24,000 nt of DNA from an uncultured Alphaproteobacteria bacterium (GTDB lineage: Bacteria; Pseudomonadota; Alphaproteobacteria; Micropepsales; Micropepsaceae): NCBI GenBank assembly GCA_963769055.1, contig CAVYKF010000006.1, positions 224,212 through 248,211 of the forward strand, read 5' to 3'. Positions 8,415 to 16,764 of the stretch are shown here, in pieces; position 1 is the stretch's first letter, and each line of letters starts with the position of its first letter. Made by a program: the position numbers and the translations under genes. A model generated the notes under the pieces. The model had not been told where the DNA came from. It saw only the letters and a program-made list of their open reading frames with translations, and made no database searches.

Positions 8415-9674
8415 ATGACGAAATTCTGGTTGACCTGTTCGGCTCTTGCGATTTCGGCCCTGGCGGGCACGCCTGCCCTGGCGGCGCCGGCCTGCGATCC
8501 CGGCAATGGCGGCATCACCTTGCCGAAGGGATTCTGCGCCATGGTGGCGGTGGACAATATCGGCACCGCGCGTCACGCGGTGGCCGCGGCCAATGGCGAT
8601 CTCTACGTCGCGCTGCAGGCCAACGGCGGCAGAGCGGGCGGCGTGATGGCCCTGCATGATTCCAAGGGCGACGGTCATTTCGATGTGCAGAAGAAATTCG
8701 GCGACGGCAGCGCCACCGGCATCGGCTTTCACGACGGCTATCTCTATGTCGCGCAGCCCACCCAGGTCATTCGCTACAAAATGACTCCAGGCCAGCTGGT
8801 ACCGGCCGGACAGCCCGAAACCGTGGTGTCCGGCTTCGACAGCGCGCGCGAGCATAGCGACAAGGGCCTGGCCTTCGACGACAAGGGCTTTCTCTATGTC
8901 AATGTCGGCAGCCCTTCCAACGCCTGCCAGGCCCGCGATCGCCAGAAAGGCTCGCCCGGCCAGGACCCCTGCCCGATCCTGGAAAAGCACAGCGGCATCT
9001 GGAAATTCGATGCGAGCAAACTGAACCAGACACAGGCCGACGGCACCAAGATCGTCACCGGCCTCCGGCAGGAGCCCGATGTCGCCTGGGCCTATGGCGC
9101 CGCCTATACGGTGATGAACAATCGCGACCAGATCGACACGCTCTATCCCGAGCATTACACCGCCGAGGACAACAACAACGGTCCGGCGGAAGTCATGTAT
9201 CGCGCCGATCCGGGATCGGATTTCGGCTGGCCCTATTGTTACTACGATTATCGCCAGCAGAAGCTGCTGCTCAGTCCCGAATATGGCGGCGACGGCAAGG
9301 AGGCCGCCCGTTGCAGCAAATTCACCCTGCCCACCGCCAGTTTTCCGGCCCACTGGGCGCCCGTCGATGTGATGTTCTATGAAGGCAAGCAATTTCCCGC
9401 CAAATATCAGGGCGGCGCCTTCATCGCTTTTCACGGTTCCTGGAATCGCGCGCCGGAACAGCGTCCCGGTGCCGTGGTGTTCCAGCCTTTCGCGAACGGC
9501 AAGCCTTCGGGCAAATTCGAAATCTTCGCGAATGACTTCGGAGGCCCGACGCCGGTGAAAAACCAGAGCGAATATACCGCGCGTCCGGACGGCGTGGCGA
9601 TGGCGCCCGACGGCTCGCTTTACATCACCGACAGCGAGAGGGGCAAAATCTGGCGCGTCTTCTATCGCGGTTGA
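8415..9674 (+). CDS. Secreted sorbosone-dehydrogenase / PQQ-dependent sugar dehydrogenase-like beta-propeller protein
   Basis: 419 aa from the ATG at 8415, preceded by GGGAGA. The signal peptide is MTKFWLTCSALAISALAGTPALAAPA. REHSDKGLAFDDKGFLYVNVGSPSNAC and the C-terminal PDGSLYITDSERGKIWRV resemble the sorbosone dehydrogenase family. Confidence 0.65.
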   Translation: MTKFWLTCSALAISALAGTPALAAPACDPGNGGITLPKGFCAMVAVDNIGTARHAVAAANGDLYVALQANGGRAGGVMALHDSKGDGHFDVQKKFGDGSATGIGFHDGYLYVAQPTQVIRYKMTPGQLVPAGQPETVVSGFDSAREHSDKGLAFDDKGFLYVNVGSPSNACQARDRQKGSPGQDPCPILEKHSGIWKFDASKLNQTQADGTKIVTGLRQEPDVAWAYGAAYTVMNNRDQIDTLYPEHYTAEDNNNGPAEVMYRADPGSDFGWPYCYYDYRQQKLLLSPEYGGDGKEAARCSKFTLPTASFPAHWAPVDVMFYEGKQFPAKYQGGAFIAFHGSWNRAPEQRPGAVVFQPFANGKPSGKFEIFANDFGGPTPVKNQSEYTARPDGVAMAPDGSLYITDSERGKIWRVFYRG

Positions 9675-10414
9675 GACTTCGCGGCGGCCTCGCCGGCAAA
9701 GGATAGCAGGCGGGGCGCGCCGGTCTTGTTCGTGCAGGGCGAACGGGCGGCATAGCGCATTTCGGCCCGACCTCCGGTCGCCAGGATTTCCGTGTAACTG
9801 ACGGTCTCGGCATCGTCGCGATGCATGCAGACGGAAAAAGCGTCCCGCTCCGGCCGATGCGACCGGTGCAGCTTGCGCAGCCAGGCAGGCGTTAGTGCGG
9901 GCGCGCTTGCGGCAGCGGCGCGCACCATGTCGGCTCGCTTGCGGTTCACCGCTGCCTCGTCGTAACCGGACGAGAACCAGTGTCGGCGCGTCCAGCCATG
10001 CCGCCGGGCGCGCAGGACCGCCCCATCCCAGCGCCACTCCCACACCGCGCGATCCGTCATGGACGCCACGATGAGCCGGAATGGATTAAGGCGCGGCAGC
10101 GGCATCTCCGCGAACAGATTGCCGACGCCGGCAAGATCGTCCGCTGCGAGCAGCTGCGGAATCACGATGCCCCGGCTGATGCATAGCGCCCGGTCGCGCT
10201 GCGGCTTGGCATACCAGTTGATCAGGGCAAGCGTCAGACCCGCGTCATTGACGCCGATCCAGGTGCCGCCGCCCGGCTCGCTGGGATGGAGCGCCTTGCG
10301 GGACCCGGCTTTGCGGCGCCGGGGTGCCAGGCCGCGCGGACGCGACTTGCGTTCATCCCGGTTCATGGCAAGCATGAAGCCCGTGCGCGTGGGCAAAAAG
10401 GAAACCGTGCACAT
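9662..10414 (-). CDS. NRDE-family (TANGO2-like) protein, putative N-terminal Cys nucleophile hydrolase/transferase fold
   Basis: 250 aa. It starts MCTVSFL (Met-Cys) and carries the eponymous AMNRDE motif. Its ATG at 10412-10414 is 3 nt downstream of the ATP-grasp stop. Confidence 0.8.
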   Translation of the reverse strand: MCTVSFLPTRTGFMLAMNRDERKSRPRGLAPRRRKAGSRKALHPSEPGGGTWIGVNDAGLTLALINWYAKPQRDRALCISRGIVIPQLLAADDLAGVGNLFAEMPLPRLNPFRLIVASMTDRAVWEWRWDGAVLRARRHGWTRRHWFSSGYDEAAVNRKRADMVRAAAASAPALTPAWLRKLHRSHRPERDAFSVCMHRDDAETVSYTEILATGGRAEMRYAARSPCTNKTGAPRLLSFAGEAAAKSQPR

Positions 10415-10417
10415 GGA

Positions 10418-12037
10418 TCAATCGGCCAGCGGATAACAGGCGCTGAGTTGCTGATATTTCTTCCATTCGTCCCGCAGCAGACGCAGGGCCGCGGGGCGGT
10501 GACCCAGGGTCCGGTTGGCGGCGCCGATTGCGAACACCAGGTCCCATTGTTCGAACAGCGTGGCATAGGCTCGGAACAGGGAATTGCGATTGTCGTAGAT
10601 GCTGGTCGCCTCGGAAGCCGCGCCGTTCAACTCCAGGATCTTGAAATCCTCGCCGCGCCTTATGTCGTCATCGCAGGCGTAGCGCACATCATAGCGCCCG
10701 ATGAAGAAGCCCGGTATCTGCCGCGATATCTGGTCGATGCGGGCCTCCAGCTCGGCGCTCCACAAATGCATGCCGTCGCGGAAGATGCAGCCCTGGCAAT
10801 GATTGCCTGCTTCGACCAGTTTCAGGCGCTGGCCGGCCGCCAGCACCTTGTCCCGGATCGCGTGGTGACGCCTGAGATAGGTGCCGGCCATGATGGCAGC
10901 GCGCCGGTCGGCCCGGATCAGCTGTTCCAGCGTGTGCACGCCGTCACCCGACAGGACCGGAAAGATTTTCTCGGTGATGGCGAAAATGCGGCCCCGGTCT
11001 TCCTGCGGGAAACGATAATAGAAGATGCCCGCCTCGCAGGGACCGGCGGCATATTCCTGCAAGACCACGTCGCCGGAGACTTGGCTCAGATACTCGCGCG
11101 CGTCGTCCAAGGCGCGCACCAGCCTGAAACCGCTGCCGCGATGGGCGATATTGGGCTTCAGGACCACGGGCAGCGCAAGCCGATATTCCCGGCAGAGCGC
11201 CTCGAACTGCTCCATGCGCTCGGATGGGATCGTTTTCGTGATCAGCGCGGAGCGGGCCGTGAAATCCGGAGAAGTCCGGACCAGATCCTGAAGAATGGCG
11301 TGTTTGGATTCGCCGACGATGCCGCCGGTGAGCATTCCCGGATTGGCGATGGTGGGCAGATTGATGCCGCGATATTTGAGCCCCAGCCGGACATAGTTGA
11401 GCCCGATGGGGAGATAAAACAGCCGGGCCGGCCAGAATTCCCATTGCAGCCAGCGCTGCAGCGCGGGCGCTTGAACGAGGGCGCGAATCTTTTCCCGGTA
11501 CAGCAGCGACAGTCCGGCGAAGACCAGAATGACCGCCGCCGCGATGATAAGCGTGCTCCTTGCCGTTCCGTACCAGACTGCCGCCTCGCCCCCCGCGATG
11601 CGGACCAGCGCGAAGATCAACGGCACCCAAACCAGACCCATCAGCGCGGTCACCACCGCGAAGGACAGAAACGGGACCGCCAGCGTTCCGGCGATCAGAT
11701 AGGTGGGAAGGCGCAAACCCGGAACAAAGCGGGCGACCAGCAAGACCAGAAGGCCGCGCCTTTTCCACCAGGCTTCGCTGCGCGCCAGCCGATCCTCATT
11801 GACGCGCCGCTTGACCCAATCGCGTTTCAAAAACGGGCGTCCGAAATAACGGGCCAGGGCATAAAGCCCGAGATCGCCCAGCCATATCCCCAGAAAGCAC
11901 GCGGCCAGACCCCACGGCGTCGCCAGCAGACCCGCCGCCGTCATCGCGGCCCCGCCCAAGGTGGCCGCGTCTTCCGAAAAAAACGTCAGAAGGAACAGCG
12001 AGGCCGTCTTGGCCAGGGTCATGCTCATCGCGGTCAT
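10418..12037 (-). CDS. Fusion protein: N-terminal DedA/VTT (SNARE-associated) membrane domain + C-terminal ATP-grasp carboxylate-amine ligase domain
   Basis: 539 aa. The DedA-like region is FSEDAATLGGAAM..GDLGLYALARYFGRPFL..LVARFVPGLRLPTYLIAG, followed by an extra TM. ATP-grasp blocks are VVLKPNIAHRGSGFRLV, VVLQEYAAG, GNHCQGC and FKILELNGAASE. The ATG overlaps the upstream gene's stop in ATGA at 12034-12037. Confidence 0.8.
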   Translation of the reverse strand: MTAMSMTLAKTASLFLLTFFSEDAATLGGAAMTAAGLLATPWGLAACFLGIWLGDLGLYALARYFGRPFLKRDWVKRRVNEDRLARSEAWWKRRGLLVLLVARFVPGLRLPTYLIAGTLAVPFLSFAVVTALMGLVWVPLIFALVRIAGGEAAVWYGTARSTLIIAAAVILVFAGLSLLYREKIRALVQAPALQRWLQWEFWPARLFYLPIGLNYVRLGLKYRGINLPTIANPGMLTGGIVGESKHAILQDLVRTSPDFTARSALITKTIPSERMEQFEALCREYRLALPVVLKPNIAHRGSGFRLVRALDDAREYLSQVSGDVVLQEYAAGPCEAGIFYYRFPQEDRGRIFAITEKIFPVLSGDGVHTLEQLIRADRRAAIMAGTYLRRHHAIRDKVLAAGQRLKLVEAGNHCQGCIFRDGMHLWSAELEARIDQISRQIPGFFIGRYDVRYACDDDIRRGEDFKILELNGAASEATSIYDNRNSLFRAYATLFEQWDLVFAIGAANRTLGHRPAALRLLRDEWKKYQQLSACYPLAD

Positions 12038-12573
12038 GCCGACCTGCGCGCGGACTCGATCTGCTTTTGATATTCGATTGTCGATGGCGCGACCCCGAAA
12101 TCCTCCGGCACGGGAATTTTCCGCGTCCCGCAGATCAGGCCGATCAATGCGTAGTGATGAATGGCGTGAGAAACCGTATACATGATTTCCCGGCCGAGCG
12201 TGGATGCCGCCGAACAGGATCCGGAGCCGGCGTAGGAAATCTTGTATCGCGCCTCGATCGTCCTTTCGAGGGGAACGGCGGCGAGAAACCTGGCCGCTTG
12301 GCGGAATTCCCTGGTGATCTGGAGCGCGAACAGCCTTTCCTGCTCCAGGCGCGCGTCCCGCTCGCGCCGGTCATAGTCGATCCCGGTTTCGTTGACGGCT
12401 TCGAGCAGAATCTTGAAGTGTTCGAGACTGTGCCGATAATGCGCCCCGATCGACGCGCCGGAACCGTCATCGGCATACTGCGCGTCGCTCAGTCCGCTCA
12501 GGAAATATTCGCCCTGCTCGAGCACCTCGTCCATTGCCGCAAGAAGATGGTTGGTGCTCATGCCGATCCCCAT
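12034..12573 (-). CDS. DinB/YfiT-like four-helix-bundle metalloprotein (tentative)
   Basis: 179 aa. Histidines lie in GAHYRHSLEHF and VSHAIHHYALI, in the pattern of the DinB-superfamily His triad. An alternative start exists at 12561. The assignment rests on motif spacing only. Confidence 0.55.
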   Translation of the reverse strand: MGIGMSTNHLLAAMDEVLEQGEYFLSGLSDAQYADDGSGASIGAHYRHSLEHFKILLEAVNETGIDYDRRERDARLEQERLFALQITREFRQAARFLAAVPLERTIEARYKISYAGSGSCSAASTLGREIMYTVSHAIHHYALIGLICGTRKIPVPEDFGVAPSTIEYQKQIESARRSA

Positions 12574-12817
12574 TCGCCGTCCCTGCCGCCGCTTGAACAG
12601 CGCTCTTCGAATTATCGCAGGATAGTGGGAATTCTAACCCAGACACACAAGGGCTATTTTGGGGTCCGGAAAGCGGCGGCGACAATGGGCGAAACAGCCG
12701 TGAGCACGAGATTTCATTGGAAAGCGCCGGCCGCCGGCTTGGGATTCATCCCGGGCCGCGTGGTATTTGCGGCGGCAACTTCGCGAATATTTGGGCTGAT
12801 GGATCGTGGCACGCGAA

Positions 12818-12843
12818 GGAGCCCGGCGATGGCGCCGGGCTCC
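12818..12843 (-). terminator. GC-rich hairpin downstream of the small secreted protein gene
   Basis: GGAGCCCGGCG-atgg-CGCCGGGCTCC is a perfect 11-bp stem with a 4-nt loop, about 30 nt after the stop at 12875. The U-tract on the minus strand is weak. Confidence 0.4.
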
Positions 12844-12874
12844 TGCCAGGTCGGGAATCTGCGCAAGCCTTAAC

Positions 12875-13159
12875 TTAAAGGGTGATCCACACTCCGTTGC
12901 GCCAATAACCGCGACCTTCGTGATAGTCGTGCCAATGGTGATCCCGATCGCCATCCCAGCGCCGGTGGAAATACCAATTGTCCGGATGATATTCGAACCG
13001 GATGCCTGGCGCATGATAGCGCGTGTCGGAATGCCAGCAATCGTCGCCGTCCCGATCGCAAACAATGTAGGCGCTGGCGGCCACGGATGACGCAGCCAAG
13101 ACGCCCATGCCGAGCGTTCCGGCGGTGGCGACAGTGAGAAGGAGTTTTTTCAAAACCAT
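12875..13159 (-). CDS. Small secreted His/Trp/Asp/Arg-rich protein (hypothetical)
   Basis: 94 aa from the ATG at 13157-13159, with GGAG 7 nt upstream. The signal peptide is MVLKKLLLTVATAGTLGMGVLAASSVAASA. The predicted mature 64 aa contain 8 His, 6 Trp, 10 Asp, 8 Arg, 6 Tyr and 2 Cys. Confidence 0.6.
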   Translation of the reverse strand: MVLKKLLLTVATAGTLGMGVLAASSVAASAYIVCDRDGDDCWHSDTRYHAPGIRFEYHPDNWYFHRRWDGDRDHHWHDYHEGRGYWRNGVWITL

Positions 13160-13557
13160 CTTTTGCTCCATTCGGTGTGCCCAAAATAGAACGCGAGGTG
13201 GAGACCGCCGTTTCGGCCGGAACAATTACAATTCGGCAAGGTTCGGCGCCTGCGGAAATTTGGCCAACGGATCGCGCGTCTGGCATGCATGGGCCGTGAT
13301 GGGTTCCGCTGGAACAGGAACGCAGCAGTCGCTTTGAGAATGAATTGCGGCCCCCCGACCAACCAAAGCGTTCTAAATGTGCGGAACCAGGGGAACTATT
13401 GCGCTTTGCCCATCTCCGCCTGCGGCGAAAGCTTCAACTTGGGGCACAAAAGGCCACAGCGCCTTTAGCGTGGTTGACAGGCCGACCCCGAAAATCTCTT
13501 TTGGGCGGAAGGTGGTTAAGTGGAAATTCGCACCAAAGGCAATGGCGGACTTATAGC

Positions 13558-13908
13558 GTGAACGAAGGCGAAAAAAACGACCTGCCGCCGTTGGCGGATC
13601 GAAGGCCGAAGCCGCGCAAAAGGGTCTTGTTCGGCGGCGTGGTCGTCTATGGGCAGGGCGCCTATTCCTGCGGTTGCAAGATCCGAGACCTTACCACCGA
13701 GGGCGCTCGCATTCTCATACCGGCGGGGCAGCCGCTTCCAGCGGAGATTTATCTCATCAATTTGCGCAGCCAGACTGGTCATAAGGCAAATGTGATCTGG
13801 CATCACGGAACGGAAGCCGGCCTGGCCTTCCAGTCAACATTCAATCTGCAATCGCTGGACGATTCCAACCTGGGATATCTCAAGCGCATCTGGTTGGCGC
13901 ATACTTAA
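13558..13908 (+). CDS. PilZ domain protein (c-di-GMP binding candidate)
   Basis: RPKPR (RxxxR) followed by DLTTEG (D-x-S/T-x-x-G) about 25 aa later is PilZ-type spacing. There is no internal ATG. I chose the GTG at 13558 (116 aa) on typical size and the upstream GGCGGA. The ORF is open back to the TTG at 13345, so the start is uncertain. Confidence 0.55.
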   Translation: MNEGEKNDLPPLADRRPKPRKRVLFGGVVVYGQGAYSCGCKIRDLTTEGARILIPAGQPLPAEIYLINLRSQTGHKANVIWHHGTEAGLAFQSTFNLQSLDDSNLGYLKRIWLAHT

Positions 13909-14048
13909 GACGCGGGTACGGGCTAGGCGGACGGCGCGCCCATCAACAACGGCGCGAACTTCCGTTCGAGAATCCCGCTTGAATGATCGCGGCGCAGACC
14001 TTCACTATCGTACCGGCCACATCAAACAAAATATAACGGGAGGGATTC

Positions 14049-14658
14049 ATGAGGACGATCATTCCGGGATTGACGGTTCTGGGTCTGCTGGCGGCGCCGG
14101 CATTGGCGCAGGCGCCCGACGGCAATCCTCAGCCCAGCTGCGACATGTGCGCGGGCGTCTATGTCCCGGCCGAGGAAATCGCGGCCTATACCAAGAAGGC
14201 GCAGACCGAGACACAGAATCGACCAGCAGGTTCGCGATATCGATATCGGCAGGGTCCGCATCGCGCTGGGCGTGGAGCACCGCGGCAAGCTGGATAGGCC
14301 GGGGCCGCAGGCCGTGGCCGAACACGATCTGGTCAGCGAGGCCTATCACATACTGGACGGGTCGGCGACCTTGAAGCTGGGCCCGGACCTTGTGAACAAG
14401 AAGCGCCGTCCCGCCGACGAGGAAACTGTGCGCCTGTATAACGGGCCCGGCAACAACGCCGACGATATCAAGGACGGCGTCAGCTATAATTTGAAGGCGG
14501 GCGATGTCGTCTTCATCCCGGCGGGAACCGGCCATATGTTCACGCACATCGACGACCATATCGATTACATCATGGTGCGGATCGATCCGGACAAGATCAC
14601 GCCTCTCAAGGATGAGGCTGCGTCGAAGGTTTATCTGGGCGACTATCTGGAGAAATAG
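14049..14658 (+). pseudogene. Secreted cupin-domain protein interrupted by one frameshift (about nt 14205-14222)
   Basis: The ATG at 14049 has a strong RBS (GGGAGGG) and encodes the signal peptide MRTIIPGLTVLGLLAAPALAQA. The cupin body (DGSATL..GDVVFIPAGTGHMF) continues in the +1 frame (ORF 14161..14658). Neither frame alone gives a complete protein. Confidence 0.6.
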
Positions 14659-14820
14659 TTTCCGCAGCCGGGTTGCAAAAGTGACAGACGGGGTGCCCGC
14701 CCGAGCCTTGTCCGTGAGCGTCCAGGGAGATCCAAAAAGAAATGGGGGCAGGGCATTCACAGACTCTTGGCCTTGAAAGCCGCGACTTTGTTGCGGCCTC
14801 TCCCCCCGATCCCTTGTGGT

Positions 14821-16414
14821 TTACTGCACGCAATTCTTCGATGAATTGCTCACCCAAGCCGCACAATTGGCCAAGCTCAAATACCCCTCGGGCGACGCCG
14901 GCGCATTCGGATCCGCAGTTGCCGCCCTTTGCAGATCTTTCAAAGGAAGCTTGTTCACCTCGTCGATGATCCTGGCGTAGGCGCGCGTCGCCGCCTCGAG
15001 CCCGGTCCATGGCACGATGTCGGGCGTGTCGCCCGCGGTGTGCATGTTGATGAAATCGTTGGACTGCGCCACGACGCCCGGCAGGAACCAGTAGAATCTT
15101 CCCAGATCGCCGCCCGGCGGCCTTTCGCTCGGTTGCGTCCATATGCGGCACGCCGAATTCGCGGAAGGCGTCGACCGCGATTTTCTGCAGCTACAGGCCG
15201 CGACGAACCGCCGGCATACCACTCAAGGGGAACAGTCGTGTTCGTCGATCCGGCGGCGCCGCCATGGCTGAGCACTTCCGCGGGATGCTCGTCGTTGATC
15301 ATCAGGGCCGTTTTCGAGAAGAACTTGTCCCGATTGGCGACCAGCCACTCGCGGCCGAAACCGCCGGGCTTGATATTGTGGTGTCCGTCCGTGCCGACGA
15401 AAATCATCGTCCGGCGGCGCTGGCTCTTCGGCACCTTCGCGAAATATTCCGCCAATCCGAGCATCGAAGCGACGCCGCTGGCATTGTCGCCGGCCGCATC
15501 GAACCAGCCGTCGCGGTGCGCGATCACATAGATCGTCTCGTCGGTCTCTCCCGGCAGCGTGCCCCATACCAGATAGGATTTCTGGTTGGACACCAAATTG
15601 GCATCCAGGCGGATCCTGACGTGTGGCGGGCCGCCGGCCGGAGGATTGCCGATCAGGTCGCGGATCGTCTCGCCGTCCTTGGTTCCCAAATTGAATGTCG
15701 GAACATTGGTGTAGGCCCGGTAGGACTGCGCATTGAAATTGCCGCCGCGCAGGTCCGTGGAGAGGATGGCGGCCGCGCCATGATCCTCGGCGCGCTTGAG
15801 GATGTCCGCCGGCCCGATCTGATAGCTCGGCTGAGCCTTTGACCAGGAGTATGGCTTTGCCGCGAACGTCGCGGCCCGCGAAATCCGCTTCGCTGCCAAG
15901 TCCCACATATGCGATTTCGAGATCGAGATCCTTGCCGTCGGTTGCGGGGCTGCCATAGGACGGCTCCGCCGAAGTGAGCGGCACCGTCTTGTCTCCCGCC
16001 GTCACCGCGACAGCTCCAGGACTGGGCCGACCATTGGGGGGCGAAGTAATTGATCGTCTGGACGCGCGTATCGGTCAGTCCGATCTGGCGGTATTTGTTC
16101 AGAAGCCATTGCACATCCTCGGCGTCGCCGGAGGTGCCGGCGATGCGGCCCCAGAATTGCGGGTGGCCATTGTCGCGGTAATGCTCCGCGATCCCGGCCT
16201 GCTCCACGACATATTGCCAGATATGCTTGCCGTCGATCGCTCCATATTTTGCGTTTCCCGCGGGAACCGGCCAGTGAAGATATTCGGGACCGGACGAGGA
16301 ACCGGCTGGCTGTCGCGCCGCATCGGCAGCCGCCGCCTGCCGGGAATAACCGTGCAGAAGCAACAAGGCGGCCAGGCCTGCCAGGACTGATACTACGAAC
16401 TTGGACTTCCCCAT
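14821..16414 (-). pseudogene. M28-family aminopeptidase with PA domain, disrupted by four frameshifts
   Basis: The protein has to be read across four frame changes, in five consecutive pieces:
- ATG 16414 to about 16015: MGKSKF signal .. QTINYFAPQWSAQSW
- about 16015 to 15840: AVTAGDKTVPLTSAEP..RGKAILLVKG
- about 15840 to 15193: AQPSYQIGPADILKRAEDHGAAAIL..YVIAHRDGWFDAAGDNASG..GTDGHH..WYAGGSSRP
- about 15193 to 15142: LQKIAVDAFREFGVPH
- about 15142 to the stop at 14821: WTQPSERPPGGDLGRFYWFLPGV..MHTAGDTPD

Deleting the single T in cctgTag (about 15193) restores SSRPELQKIAVD. Confidence 0.75.
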
Positions 16415-16637
16415 GCGCGTCTCTTTCACAAGGCGGTTCGCTCAAAACACATTTGGAAGACCCGCTTCCAATTCTTCACTTGGTGATGAGGCGGCCTGCG
16501 GGATTTCTGTGCCGGATGGACAGAGAGGTTATTGCATCACCGCGGCACGATCCAGAGGTCGCGGGAACGGCCGTGTCGGCGCGGTGCTGATCGGCGATTT
16601 AAACATGGGTTCGAGATCCACCGCCATCTCCGCCAGG

Positions 16638-16667
16638 AAAAAGGGTGCCGCACGGGCACCCTTTTTC
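16638..16667 (-). terminator. Intrinsic (bidirectional-looking) terminator immediately 3' of tRNA-Ser
   Basis: AAAAA-GGGTGCC-gcacg-GGCACCC-TTTTT is a 7-bp GC-rich stem flanked by an A5 and a T5 run. It starts 1 nt after the tRNA CCA end. Confidence 0.7.
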
Positions 16668-16757
16668 TGGCGGACAGGGTGGGATTCGAACCCACGGAGC
16701 CCTTGCAGGCTCGCCGCATTTCGAGTGCGGTGCCATCGACCACTCGACCACCTGTCC
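16668..16757 (-). tRNA. tRNA-Ser (anticodon CGA), class II with long variable arm, CCA encoded
   Basis: The reverse complement folds as a cloverleaf:
- acceptor GGACAGG/CCTGTCC
- anticodon stem CCGCA/TGCGG with loop CTCGAAA
- variable arm GAGCC-tgcaa-GGCTC
- T arm GTGGG-TTCGAAT-CCCAC
- discriminator G, then CCA. Confidence 0.9.
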
Positions 16758-16764
16758 GCCGGCG

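Noticed and set aside
9662-9674. 13-nt convergent overlap of the dehydrogenase-like and NRDE gene 3' ends
   Set aside because: Short tail-to-tail overlaps are common in compact GC-rich genomes. Nothing suggests regulatory significance.
8247-10043. 598-aa minus-strand ORF, and similar long antisense ORFs at 2349-3950(+), 4404-5528(+), 5377-6456(+), 6514-7785(+), 10286-12070(+), 17128-18705(-) and 18706-19863(-)
   Set aside because: These are shadow ORFs typical of high-GC DNA. Their translations are Arg/Gly/Ala/His/Asp-rich low-complexity sequence with no recognisable motifs. In every case the opposite strand encodes a protein with clear family signatures and sensible start and RBS context.
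14200-14225. Programmed ribosomal frameshifting as an explanation for the cupin, M28 and rlmJ frame breaks
   Set aside because: I saw no X-XXY-YYZ slippery heptamer and no downstream pseudoknot-like structure at any junction. Four such sites in one peptidase gene is implausible for recoding.
14049-16760. Genomic island integrated at tRNA-Ser
   Set aside because: I found no integrase or recombinase, no att-like repeat of the tRNA 3' end and no obvious GC shift. The gene content (cupin, peptidase) is ordinary.
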